Both the position numbers and the translations under genes were made by a program. A stretch of DNA of 54,978 nt from Candidatus Moraniibacteriota bacterium (GTDB lineage Bacteria > Patescibacteriota > Minisyncoccia > Moranbacterales > UBA1568): contig JACPGV010000004.1 of NCBI GenBank assembly GCA_016182385.1, positions 1-54,978 on the forward strand. The letters run 5' to 3'. Under the pieces are notes generated by a model that saw only the letters and a program-made list of their open reading frames with translations, was not told the origin of the DNA and ran no database searches. Below, piece by piece: positions 11,277 through 20,370 of the stretch (its first letter is position 1; each line of letters opens with the position of its first letter).

Positions 11277-12249
11277 GCAAAGATCTTCGCTTACCAAGCG
11301 TCTTCTTCTTCGTGTCCAAAATACCGTTACAAAACACGCGCTCTGGAAAGACGGAATGACGCTTGTTATCGGTGTTTCCAGCGGCCCGGACAGTTGCTGT
11401 CTTCTCGATATTCTGGCAGCACTACAAAAAAAACACCGTCTTTCCCTTTCCGTCGCCCATGTGAATTATCGCTTGCGAGGAAAAGACTCCGACGAGGACG
11501 AGCGTTTTGTTCAAAAACTGGCCGCACACTATAAAATCCCGTGCTTCATCCACACACCGCCAAAAAAAATCCAAGCATCCGAAGAGGCTCTTCGCGTCAT
11601 CCGTTATAATTTTTTTGAAAAAACAAGAAAAAAAAATAACGCGGATCGCATCATCATCGCACACCATGAAGACGATCAAGCAGAAACCATTCTCTTGCGA
11701 CTCCTCCGCGGATCCGGATTGTCCGGGTTACAATCCATGCAACCAAAAAACGACTTCCTTGTTCGGCCGCTCCTCACAACATCACGCGCCGATATTCTTC
11801 TTTATCTGAAAGAGAGAAAACTTTCCTTTCGTGAAGACAAAAGTAACAACGATGAGCACTATCTTCGAAATCGTATTCGCCACACGCTCCTGCCCCTTCT
11901 CGCCAAAAATTTTCAACCAAACATTCGTCAAAGTTTAGCAAAAACAGCCTTCCTCGTAGCAGAAGATTACCACGAACTCACCAAAAGATTTCGTTCCTAC
12001 CACATGCCTCTCGTACCACCGATAACCCTTTCACGAACAGAACTCCTTTCTCTCTCGGAGTCGTCCCTGCGACATACCCTGCGCTCTATCATCCAAACAG
12101 CCTCGAAAAAAAAAGTTGTTCCATCCAAAAATCTTCTTTTTGAGATCATCGCCGCCATCAAAAGCGAAAAGAAAAAACAACGCGTTGTGACTTTTGGCGG
12201 CTTGAAATTTCTCTGTAGAGGTGATACAGTGACACTGCTCAATTTATAA
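11239..12249 (+). CDS. tilS: tRNA(Ile)-lysidine synthase
   Basis: PP-loop motif GVSSGPDS, then HVNYRLRG and AHHEDDQAET. I chose the ATG at 11239. The track start at 11074 would overlap gmk by about 200 nt. Confidence 0.8.
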   Translation: MSRLSSIVITKNKQRSSLTKRLLLRVQNTVTKHALWKDGMTLVIGVSSGPDSCCLLDILAALQKKHRLSLSVAHVNYRLRGKDSDEDERFVQKLAAHYKIPCFIHTPPKKIQASEEALRVIRYNFFEKTRKKNNADRIIIAHHEDDQAETILLRLLRGSGLSGLQSMQPKNDFLVRPLLTTSRADILLYLKERKLSFREDKSNNDEHYLRNRIRHTLLPLLAKNFQPNIRQSLAKTAFLVAEDYHELTKRFRSYHMPLVPPITLSRTELLSLSESSLRHTLRSIIQTASKKKVVPSKNLLFEIIAAIKSEKKKQRVVTFGGLKFLCRGDTVTLLNL

Positions 12250-12276
12250 GTTTATTACATGCTCTAAAGCGATTTT

Positions 12277-14106
12277 ATGGAAAAAATACTCAAAAATTTA
12301 TCCACTCTCATCCTTTTGTTTCTCCTCCTATCGGGCATTATTATTCTTTATCAATCTCCCGAAAAAAAGCCTTCTCTTGTTTCTCTTTCCGAGCTTGTCA
12401 CGGAAATAAATAAAGGCGAAATTAAAAATATTGTCATCAGTGATAACGAGCTTGATATCGAACTCCAAAACGGAGAGAAACAAAAAGCCAGCAAAGAATC
12501 AGAAAGTTCTCTCTCGGAAACACTCACGAATTACGGGATCAATAAAGAAAAACTAAACGAGGTCACCATCACCATCAAAGAAAAATCCGGCTTTGGTTTT
12601 TGGATGGCTGCCATCCTGCCCTTTCTTCTTCCCTTCATTCTTATTTCCGCCTTTATCTGGTTTATGATGCGGCAGGCTCAACGAGGCAATTCACAAGCTC
12701 TTTCTTTTGGTATGAGCAAAGCGCGCGTTCTCGATCCGAAGGATAAAAAAAAGCGTATTCTTTTTTCTGATGTTGCTGGCGCACAAGAAACAAAGACCGA
12801 GCTCGAAGAAGTTGTTGAGTTTCTCAAGCATCCAAAAAAATTTCTCAATATGGGAGCCAAGATTCCAAAAGGAGTTCTTCTTTTGGGCCCTCCGGGAACA
12901 GGAAAGACGCTCATGGCTAAAGCCGTAGCCGGAGAAGCGGGAGTTCCTTTTTTCAATATCAGTGGTTCGGAATTCGTGGAAATGTTTGTTGGCGTTGGCG
13001 CCAGCCGCGTCAGAGACCTTTTTAAACAAGCTAAAAAGAGCGCCCCCGCCATTGTTTTTATCGATGAAATCGATGCGGTCGGTCGTCATCGCGGCGCCGG
13101 ACTCGGCGGCGGACATGATGAGCGAGAACAAACCCTCAACCAAATTCTCGTGGAAATGGATGGTTTCGAAACGGATATGAGTGTTATTGTCATTGCCGCT
13201 ACCAACCGACCAGACGTTCTCGATCCGGCACTGCTTCGCCCGGGACGTTTTGATCGTCGCGTCACCATGGACCTTCCTGATATCAATGAACGAGAACAGA
13301 TCCTCGTCATCCATACCAAAAACAAACCTCTCGATAGCGACGTGAAACTCCGCGTACTTGCCGAACGCACGCCCGGATTTTCTGGTGCCGATCTCGCCAA
13401 TCTCGTCAACGAAGGTGCTATTCTCGCTACCCGCCGTAACAAAAAAACGATTGGGATGTCTGAGCTTGCCGAATCCATCGAAAAAGTCATCCTTGGTCCG
13501 GAGCGTCGTGGACGTGTCATCAGCGAACAGGAAAAAAAGATTATCGCCTATCATGAAGGCGGTCATGCTCTTGTCGGCGCGAGTCTTCCCCATGCCGATC
13601 CCGTACAAAAAGTTTCCATAATTTCTCGTGGTCATGCGGGCGGGTACACACTTGCCGTACCCACCGAAGATAAGAGTCTGCATTCCTACGAATATTTCCT
13701 CGATGAATTAGCTATGCTACTCGGTGGTTATGCTAGTGAAAAATTTATTTTCAATGATATTACCACTGGCCCATCAAGCGATCTCGAGCGAGCGACTCAA
13801 ATGGCGCGCAATATGGTGACACGCTATGGGATGAGTCGTCTCGGCGCACGCACCTTCGGAAAAAAAGATGAGCTTGTTTTTTTGGGTCGTGAAATGCATG
13901 AGGAGCGAAACTACTCCGAAAAAACCGCTCAAGATATCGATGCGGAAGTAACTCATCTCGTAGAAAACGCCCTTGAACGAGCCACGACCATCCTCAAAGA
14001 AAAACGCGCTACCCTTGATCTTTTGGCCACGACATTACTCGAGAAAGAAATCATCGAAAAAGAAGAGTTTGATACCATTGTTCATGGTGTGAAAACAAAA
14101 GAGTAG
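12277..14106 (+). CDS. ftsH: ATP-dependent zinc metalloprotease FtsH
   Basis: 609 aa. N-terminal TM helices, Walker A GPPGTGKT, Walker B IVFIDEID, and zinc motif HEGGH. Confidence 0.95.
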   Translation: MEKILKNLSTLILLFLLLSGIIILYQSPEKKPSLVSLSELVTEINKGEIKNIVISDNELDIELQNGEKQKASKESESSLSETLTNYGINKEKLNEVTITIKEKSGFGFWMAAILPFLLPFILISAFIWFMMRQAQRGNSQALSFGMSKARVLDPKDKKKRILFSDVAGAQETKTELEEVVEFLKHPKKFLNMGAKIPKGVLLLGPPGTGKTLMAKAVAGEAGVPFFNISGSEFVEMFVGVGASRVRDLFKQAKKSAPAIVFIDEIDAVGRHRGAGLGGGHDEREQTLNQILVEMDGFETDMSVIVIAATNRPDVLDPALLRPGRFDRRVTMDLPDINEREQILVIHTKNKPLDSDVKLRVLAERTPGFSGADLANLVNEGAILATRRNKKTIGMSELAESIEKVILGPERRGRVISEQEKKIIAYHEGGHALVGASLPHADPVQKVSIISRGHAGGYTLAVPTEDKSLHSYEYFLDELAMLLGGYASEKFIFNDITTGPSSDLERATQMARNMVTRYGMSRLGARTFGKKDELVFLGREMHEERNYSEKTAQDIDAEVTHLVENALERATTILKEKRATLDLLATTLLEKEIIEKEEFDTIVHGVKTKE

Positions 14107-14117
14107 TCACCTCTCTT

Positions 14118-15005
14118 ATGCCTCCTTTTGTCGAAATAATAAAAAAAGCCTGGACCGTTTCTTCGCCGGAACCGCTTTCTTTTGTCTGTGCAACCGTTCT
14201 TGCCATCACGGGTATGTTCCAAACATCTCTTTTTAAAAATTTTCTTGATGCTCTTCCTAAAGAAAACTTAACAAACGCTTCCTTATTATTTCAAGAAACT
14301 CCCCTTTCTTTTTTTTGGACTCTTTGCGCGCTTTTTATTGTGACCCACGTAAGCCGAGGCAATCTTTTTATCGCCCTCAAAAAACGCTTCCAAGAAAAAA
14401 CATCAAAAAACAAATTCTTTCCCTCATTCTCTCTTCTCGTTCAAACGGGCTGGAAAACACTCCTTCTCGAAACTCTTTTCCTTTTTATTTTTTTAGGCAT
14501 CTTCATTATTATAAGCCTCCCTCTTTTCATCGCTACCAAAAACAACCCTTCCGTCGTCTCTTCCTTGCTCGCGCTTTCTCTTCCTGTCTTTTTCTTATGC
14601 GGCATTGTTATATTTTTTATCAAACAATATACCCTTTTTTACTTTCTTTTTTCTTCCATCCGCCTACGAGCGAGCATAGAATTGGCTGGTCGTCTTTTTT
14701 CTCGCTTCACGGCGCAAAGTTTTCTTTTTGGACTTTTTTCTTTTTTGGTCGTCATCCTCTTTACTTTTTTTCTGAATCTCGTTATCCTAGGTACGGTCGC
14801 TTTTGTTCAAGCAATTCTCTCTTCCTTCAATGAAAACGTCGTTGTTCTTTTTGTAAGTTTTTTTGCGCTTCTTTGGTTTACTGTTTTTTATAATGCTCTC
14901 TGGTTGGTATTTTTCCAAACCCTTGCCGCTCCCAAAGAAACTCTTCTTCAGGAAAAAGAAACGGCGCTGACCGAAAACGACGCAACAAAAATCCCCTCAA
15001 TTTAG
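14118..15005 (+). CDS. hypothetical polytopic membrane protein
   Basis: 295-aa ORF with several long hydrophobic segments. No motif recognised. Confidence 0.5.
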   Translation: MPPFVEIIKKAWTVSSPEPLSFVCATVLAITGMFQTSLFKNFLDALPKENLTNASLLFQETPLSFFWTLCALFIVTHVSRGNLFIALKKRFQEKTSKNKFFPSFSLLVQTGWKTLLLETLFLFIFLGIFIIISLPLFIATKNNPSVVSSLLALSLPVFFLCGIVIFFIKQYTLFYFLFSSIRLRASIELAGRLFSRFTAQSFLFGLFSFLVVILFTFFLNLVILGTVAFVQAILSSFNENVVVLFVSFFALLWFTVFYNALWLVFFQTLAAPKETLLQEKETALTENDATKIPSI

Positions 15006-15078
15006 GGCGTATAGCTCAGCTGGTTAGAGCGCTACATTGACATTGTAGAGGTCTCCTGTTCGAATCAGGATACGCCCA
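15005..15078 (+). tRNA. tRNA-Val (anticodon GAC)
   Basis: Hand-folded cloverleaf: acceptor GGGCGTA/TACGCCC, anticodon arm CTACA-TTGACAT-TGTAG, T arm TCCTG-TTCGAAT-CAGGA. No encoded CCA. Confidence 0.85.
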
Positions 15079-15092
15079 CTATTGTTTCCTAT

Positions 15093-15126
15093 AAAAAATC
15101 TCACCTGCTCGGTGAGATTTTTTTTC
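15093..15126. terminator. bidirectional rho-independent terminator
   Basis: AAAAAATCTCACC-TGCTC-GGTGAGATTTTTTTT between the convergent tRNA-Val and the 15130 CDS. Confidence 0.75.
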
Positions 15127-15129
15127 GGT

Positions 15130-16482
15130 TTACCGACAGCATTTATAGCTTGAGCTTCCACAAGAAAGACTGTTGTCTACTTGACCAGAGTCGCAATCAA
15201 GCCCCTGACTCACGCATGTTCCACCGACGTCTCGACAATATTTTGGTGGCATACAACAAGTATAGTTCGGGCTCCCACAAGAGGCATCGGCCTCTGTTTC
15301 GCCACTTCCACAACCACCACTTTCACAAATACCACCGATATCTCGACAAAGAACGGCGCTGGAATTTGATTGCCCGCTGGGAACACAACACACATACCCC
15401 GATCCGCCACACGCGCCGCTCGTTTGTGTCTCGTCACTTCTACAACCATCATTTGAGCATGCCCCCCGACACACACCGGAAAGAGCGGAGGGAGGAACAG
15501 GGCCGCTCGGATTGATACGGGAGGCCGTATTTTGCAAATTACCCAACGACAACCCACCCGGACCAGTGATAGAGCTTATCTGACCAAGCTGAGAGTTGAT
15601 TTGTGATGTCACGTTGCCTATCTCTCGCTGAATATTAGCCTGAATTTGTCCAATACCCTTTTGCACGAGATTATTAATCATCTTATTGGCCATACCGGTA
15701 ATAACTCCCGAGAGAAGTTCTCCGGGATTTTGCGCGGCGGCAATGATTTGATTCGGTATATTTTGCACGCTGGTGACCAATCCTTCAATCGCGGCCGCAG
15801 GCGTTGTCACCATACCATTTTGTTCAGAAGGCAAAAACCCGGATGATTGAGCCTTCGTAACGGCTATCTCCCGCTCCATGGCGAGCTTTCCTTGATACGC
15901 TCCCTCGGCCTCAAGCACATAACCGTAAGGGTTGTTGGCTGGGTTAGAGAAAAACGCGTTAAACGCTCGAAAATCACCTTCAGCAAACATCGTTTCCGGA
16001 TTTGCCGTGTATTGATCAAGATCATATGTCTTTGGACCGCCACTTTCTATGGTCGCTTCTTTGGCGGCGGACACAAGGTATGACTGATAATTTCCACCGA
16101 TGCCACCACTATCACCAACAGCCACATAATTCGCTGACGAAGACTGTCCGCGCGTTGTCAAAGTAAAGAAATCATTCATATACAATTCCGCGCGCTGTTT
16201 CGGTCCCTGATAAAGAAAGTCATTGAAGTCCGTAATAAAAAGCGCTTGTCCCACTGACGCACCACCAACGAGCTGTCCCACCTGACTATTAAGCATCTGT
16301 GTCGCGGCAAGTTTCAAAGATCCAAGCATGACCCCCTCTATCGATCTCTGTATTCTTTCCATCATCTGTTGTACCATAACCGCAATCAAATTTGCTCCCC
16401 ATGTATCAGCCCTCACTGTCCGCAGAGGTGCAAATGACAACGCCAACACAAAAACAATCGTTACCAAAAAACGAGTTACCAT
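15130..16482 (-). CDS. secreted protein with three C-terminal six-cysteine modules
   Basis: Start set at the ATG at 16482, which gives the signal peptide MVTRFLVTIVFVLALSFAPLRTVRA. The track start at 16557 overlaps the upstream gene. The C-terminal 113 aa hold three C..C..C..C..CC modules. Confidence 0.65.
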   Translation of the reverse strand: MVTRFLVTIVFVLALSFAPLRTVRADTWGANLIAVMVQQMMERIQRSIEGVMLGSLKLAATQMLNSQVGQLVGGASVGQALFITDFNDFLYQGPKQRAELYMNDFFTLTTRGQSSSANYVAVGDSGGIGGNYQSYLVSAAKEATIESGGPKTYDLDQYTANPETMFAEGDFRAFNAFFSNPANNPYGYVLEAEGAYQGKLAMEREIAVTKAQSSGFLPSEQNGMVTTPAAAIEGLVTSVQNIPNQIIAAAQNPGELLSGVITGMANKMINNLVQKGIGQIQANIQREIGNVTSQINSQLGQISSITGPGGLSLGNLQNTASRINPSGPVPPSALSGVCRGACSNDGCRSDETQTSGACGGSGYVCCVPSGQSNSSAVLCRDIGGICESGGCGSGETEADASCGSPNYTCCMPPKYCRDVGGTCVSQGLDCDSGQVDNSLSCGSSSYKCCR

Positions 16483-16525
16483 AAATTTCCGTGATGAAGA
16501 TTTTTTTTGTTTCACAAGAAAAAAA

Positions 16526-17524
16526 TTATAAATCCAAAGGAATTTCTTCAATCTCATAATCAGCCAACTTCTTATTTATCTCATCAACAAATCCGAACGC
16601 GCCAGCAATAAACCCCTGCATTTTTGAAAGCGCCTCTATCTGTCCCAGAGGATCTTCATCCGCCGGACGAAAATCTTTTTTTAATTCAACGGCATACCGA
16701 GCCATCTTCAAGGCCTTCACGTGAACATCAAGCATTTTTTCCGGTACTTCCACGTCTTTCAACTCTTCCAACATTTTTTCTCCGCGTTGCGACAAATCGT
16801 CAATATATTTTGCATTTCCAAGCGAGACGGCTGTAAGAGAATTGTCGGAAAGAGAAAAAAGTACTTTTTCCAAATCTTCATTCGTCCGAAATGTTTGCGG
16901 CATATTGTTTGCCATAAGGTACGACATAATTGTCAGATACTCCACCGCATACTCACGCTCTTTTTCTTTTCGTTTTTTTTCCTTAAGACTTTTTGCCACT
17001 TTTTTAATTTTTATATCTTTCAATTCAATTTCCGGCAACACCACTTCTTCATTCGAACTATTCAAAATCTTTTCTACCGTCATATCAATTTTTTCCAAAG
17101 AAATATCTTCTCCTTGTTCATGAGAGCGCTTCACCAAACGAGCAATCTCTCCGGAAACCTCTTCTGTTAAGTTTTCTTTTTCCGTACCACTCGTCGCTGT
17201 CGCTTTTGCTTCAGCTGTCGCCACGCTTTCTTTCGTCACTTTGTCTCCCGGTGCCCGCTTGAGTGGATTGTATCCACTTTCAATTTCTACTCCATCGCTA
17301 TACCCATCACCATCAGTATCTTTTTTGTGAGGATCGGTACCATAAAGTTTTTCTTCTTCATTACTCAAACCGTCCTGATCGGCATCTTGAAAAATATTTT
17401 TCGTGCTCAAGGTATCATCAGCAAAAACAAAAAAAGCCACACTAAAAAAAATGAGACTAAAAAAAATAAAAGTGGCACGCTCGAAAATTTTTATGGAAAA
17501 ATATCCGGCCAAGCTTTCTCGCAT
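16526..17524 (-). CDS. secreted protein with thrombospondin type-3-like calcium-binding repeats
   Basis: 332 aa. N-terminal hydrophobic helix, then DADQDGLSNEEEKLYGTDPHKKDTDGDGYSDGVEIESGYNP. Confidence 0.6.
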   Translation of the reverse strand: MRESLAGYFSIKIFERATFIFFSLIFFSVAFFVFADDTLSTKNIFQDADQDGLSNEEEKLYGTDPHKKDTDGDGYSDGVEIESGYNPLKRAPGDKVTKESVATAEAKATATSGTEKENLTEEVSGEIARLVKRSHEQGEDISLEKIDMTVEKILNSSNEEVVLPEIELKDIKIKKVAKSLKEKKRKEKEREYAVEYLTIMSYLMANNMPQTFRTNEDLEKVLFSLSDNSLTAVSLGNAKYIDDLSQRGEKMLEELKDVEVPEKMLDVHVKALKMARYAVELKKDFRPADEDPLGQIEALSKMQGFIAGAFGFVDEINKKLADYEIEEIPLDL

Positions 17525-17973
17525 AATTTCATTGTATCTTTATTTTATTCTAGCACATTTTTCCAGAATCATCATTTTCTTTTCCAGTCTTCTTTTTTAC
17601 CAACTATTACAATTATTCAAAATACTTTTTCAATAAAAATATTTTTACCATTTCACCATCATTATAATCAATATCACATTAAAAATAAAGTGTCTCTTTT
17701 TCTTTTCTTTACCAAGATACATCTTCCTTTCGTCTGATTGATCTGTTTTGCGACAAGCCATCACCCCTCCTCCTCTTGTTATTCACTCAGTAACGAGAGT
17801 AGGTTTTCATTACGCTCGTTTCGTTAAAAAATATAATATCTTAAGTTCTTTTTAAGAAAAAACGTTTCTTTTGCAAAAAATTTAAAATGATTGCCCTAAA
17901 AAACTCCTTTCTTATAAAAGATTCTTTCTTCATACGAAGAATACAAAAGAATAATATTAAACAATATAAATAG

Positions 17974-19968
17974 CTATTTGTCAATATTATCCTTTCTTGC
18001 TGTTGCCGCTATAATTCCACATAAAATCCAGAAAAGCAGTTGTCCCTGTTGAATATCCCAAAAATAATGATCGAATAAAGCAAGACCAAAAATCATTATC
18101 CATAAAGTAACCGATAGTTTTTTCATAAATGTTTCACGTGAAACATTTTCTACATTAATTAATCTATTTTGTTTCACGTGAAACATATTTTCTGTTTGAT
18201 TTTCTTTATTATCAAACTTTTCAATAAAAAAGTTTACATTAAATACATCTTTTAAAAAACTATAAATCGATGTTTCACGTGAAACATTTAAAATAAAAAT
18301 TCCCACCCAAAAAAGTAAAAATAACACGAGACCGATAAAGCCTAACTCAACAAAAACAAGTAAAAAAAGGTTATGTACTGGCTGAAATTGCCAATCAAAA
18401 AGCTTTTGATCAAAAAAACCTTGTAATAAATAAACAAATTGCCCAGAACCAAGACCTAAAAAGAAATTTTCTTCAAATATTTGTCCCACTGGCTTTAAAA
18501 GAAAAACCCTTTCGTTTATTGATTGCTTAATGAAATACTCTGTATTTACAATACTAAAAAAGAATACAATTACCAAAAAAATTACTAGTAAATGTTTCAC
18601 GTGAAACATTTGTATGGTCTCACTCATAAAAGAATAAAAAGGCTTTACACTTTTCTTTAAAAAAGTGAGGAATTGGTTGTTTTCTGATAATGTTTCACGT
18701 GAAACATTCTGATTTTCTTGTTTTTCTCTTAAAAAATGTTTCACGTGAAACATTGCATATATTTGTCCGAAAAGGAATAAGACCCCAAAACAAAACATGA
18801 TAAGTGCTGATTTAGAAAAAGTCGTAATAAGAGCAAAAATTTGCAAAAAGATAATTGCATAATAAATAAAATAGACGTAATTATGTTTCACGTGAAACAT
18901 TTTTATAAATCCTTTTATAAAAAGAATTATTTTTTGTACGGTATTACTAGAAAAATCAACAAGGTATTGATCTTGTCCACATGTTTCACGTGAAACATTT
19001 TTATAAAAATTAGTCTGATTTTGTTTCACGTGAAACATTTTTAATTTCTTTAAAAAAAGTAAAAATCCAAAAAATATAGAAATTATGCTTGTTATAGCCA
19101 AAAAAGCACCGAGAATATTTGGATGAGGAAAGGTTCCGTATGAGCGAACAAGCGTATTTTCATACAAAACAATTTTTGCTACACCGACCATTTCTTTTGA
19201 AAAAATGCTCTCTTGTAAAAAGGTTATACCTATCGATCCTTGATGAAAAAATTGACCTATCGCAATTATTGCTTCAAAAAGGCCTACTATTATAAAAATG
19301 ACTAGTACCCTCTCTGTTTTCGAGATTGGTATATAATGTTTCACGTGAAACATTTGTATCGTCTCACTCATAAAAGAATAAAAAGGCTTTACACTTTTCT
19401 TTAAAAAAGTGAGAAATTGGTTGTTTTCTGATAATGTTTCACGTGAAACATTCTGATTTTCTTGTTTTTCTCTTAAAAAATGTTTCACGTGAAACATTGC
19501 ACATATATTACGGAGAGTATATTTATTATTCTTTTCAATATTTTCTTCTTTTATTGTTTCACGTGAAACAATAAAAATAATTATCGCTACAAATACTAGA
19601 AAAAACTCAAAAAGTTTCAATGAAACAAATACACTTAAAATCTTGTTATCAGACCAAAGAAATGATAAGAATGACCAAAAACATATCAAAAATGGTAAAA
19701 AAATAATGAGAAACAAATGTTTCACGTGAAACATATTGGTCCACCATTCAATTGACAAAACATTATTTTTATTGTTTAATATAACAACGATTATAAAAAT
19801 GACCGCAATAATATCGGAGAAATATGTGGATACATCTGTATATTCATTAAATATACGCCTATTATCCACAAAAAAATCATGGTGTACCTTTCTTAAGGAA
19901 ATTGGCAAAGAAAAAAGAAGTGTGTAAAAAACAAGGTTCTCAAGTTTTTTCATGACATTACTTTCCAT
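17974..19968 (-). CDS. O-antigen ligase / Wzy-like polytopic membrane protein carrying palindrome-bounded inserts
   Basis: 664-aa ORF. It has many TM helices and a Wzy_C-like region (GLGSGQFVYLLQ ... QPVHNLFLLVFVELGFIGLVLF). It is interrupted by hydrophilic segments bounded by MFHVKH or VSRET peptides. Confidence 0.7.
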   Translation of the reverse strand: MESNVMKKLENLVFYTLLFSLPISLRKVHHDFFVDNRRIFNEYTDVSTYFSDIIAVIFIIVVILNNKNNVLSIEWWTNMFHVKHLFLIIFLPFLICFWSFLSFLWSDNKILSVFVSLKLFEFFLVFVAIIIFIVSRETIKEENIEKNNKYTLRNICAMFHVKHFLREKQENQNVSRETLSENNQFLTFLKKSVKPFYSFMSETIQMFHVKHYIPISKTERVLVIFIIVGLFEAIIAIGQFFHQGSIGITFLQESIFSKEMVGVAKIVLYENTLVRSYGTFPHPNILGAFLAITSIISIFFGFLLFLKKLKMFHVKQNQTNFYKNVSRETCGQDQYLVDFSSNTVQKIILFIKGFIKMFHVKHNYVYFIYYAIIFLQIFALITTFSKSALIMFCFGVLFLFGQIYAMFHVKHFLREKQENQNVSRETLSENNQFLTFLKKSVKPFYSFMSETIQMFHVKHLLVIFLVIVFFFSIVNTEYFIKQSINERVFLLKPVGQIFEENFFLGLGSGQFVYLLQGFFDQKLFDWQFQPVHNLFLLVFVELGFIGLVLFLLFWVGIFILNVSRETSIYSFLKDVFNVNFFIEKFDNKENQTENMFHVKQNRLINVENVSRETFMKKLSVTLWIMIFGLALFDHYFWDIQQGQLLFWILCGIIAATARKDNIDK
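18592..18757. repeat. 166-bp direct repeat, copy 1 (contains 3 palindromes)
   Basis: Collinear with 19336-19501 at a constant offset of 744 bp. I see 2 mismatches. Confidence 0.9.
19336..19501. repeat. 166-bp direct repeat, copy 2 (contains 3 palindromes)
   Basis: See copy 1. Both copies encode the identical peptide AMFHVKHFLREKQENQNVSRETLSENNQFLTFLKKSVKPFYSFMSETIQMFHVKH. Confidence 0.9.
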
Positions 19969-20060
19969 ACGTTCAGCGGTTCAGTCAATTATTTCCCATC
20001 ATGCATCACTTCATTATAACGAAACGGGCGTTTTTGTGAACTATGAGGGTTTTTTCATCA

Positions 20061-20088
20061 TTGACGAAATATAAAGAATCGCTATGAT
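20061..20088 (+). promoter_or_regulatory. sigma70-like promoter upstream of tRNA-Ala
   Basis: TTGACG (20061-20066), 16-nt spacer, TATGAT (20083-20088), about 18 nt upstream of the tRNA 5' end. Confidence 0.5.
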
Positions 20089-20105
20089 ACAAAGGTGTCT
20101 CTTGA

Positions 20106-20181
20106 GGGCCATTAGCTCATTTGGTAGAGCACTTCCATGGCATGGAAGGGGTGGCCGGTTCGAATCCGGCATGGTCCACCA
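20106..20181 (+). tRNA. tRNA-Ala (anticodon GGC)
   Basis: Cloverleaf with a G3:U70 wobble in the acceptor stem (Ala identity element), anticodon arm CTTCC-ATGGCAT-GGAAG, T arm GCCGG-TTCGAAT-CCGGC. CCA is encoded. Confidence 0.9.
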
Positions 20182-20240
20182 ATAGGAAACTCAAAACTCA
20201 TCAAAAAATCTACTTGTACTGTCACCAGTAGCGCTTTGTA

Positions 20241-20266
20241 AAAAAACCCGTTTCGCACGGGTTTTG
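20241..20266 (+). terminator. rho-independent terminator after tRNA-Ala
   Basis: ACCCGT-TTCGC-ACGGGT followed by TTTT. Confidence 0.6.
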
Positions 20267-20370
20267 CTTTGTTCGAGACTATTGATAATATACAAGAAGC
20301 ATGCTAAAGTGTTTCCTTGCCTTTCATAAAAAAGGAATTGCCGACATATTCCTTATACAATCGTTTTACG

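Larger units (their letters stand above)
18129..19734. repeat. array of 14 copies of palindrome ATGTTTCACGTGAAACAT (16-bp core TGTTTCACGTGAAACA)
   Basis: 18-mer starts at 18129, 18169, 18270, 18592, 18690, 18736, 18883, 18981, 19021, 19336, 19434, 19480, 19554 and 19717. Eleven are exact. 18169 and 19021 have T at the first base. 19553-19572 is a 20-bp perfect palindrome, ATTGTTTCACGTGAAACAAT. Confidence 0.95.

Noticed and set aside
12691-13683. 330-aa minus-strand ORF (and 13086-13520, 12678-13052)
   Set aside because: These are antisense shadows inside ftsH, whose AAA+ and HExxH motifs are unambiguous.
18129-19734. CRISPR array interpretation of the palindromic repeats
   Set aside because: The repeats are only 18 bp and fully palindromic. 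Spacers are irregular (22 to about 300 bp) and partly duplicated. Everything lies inside one intact ORF, and there are no cas genes in the window.
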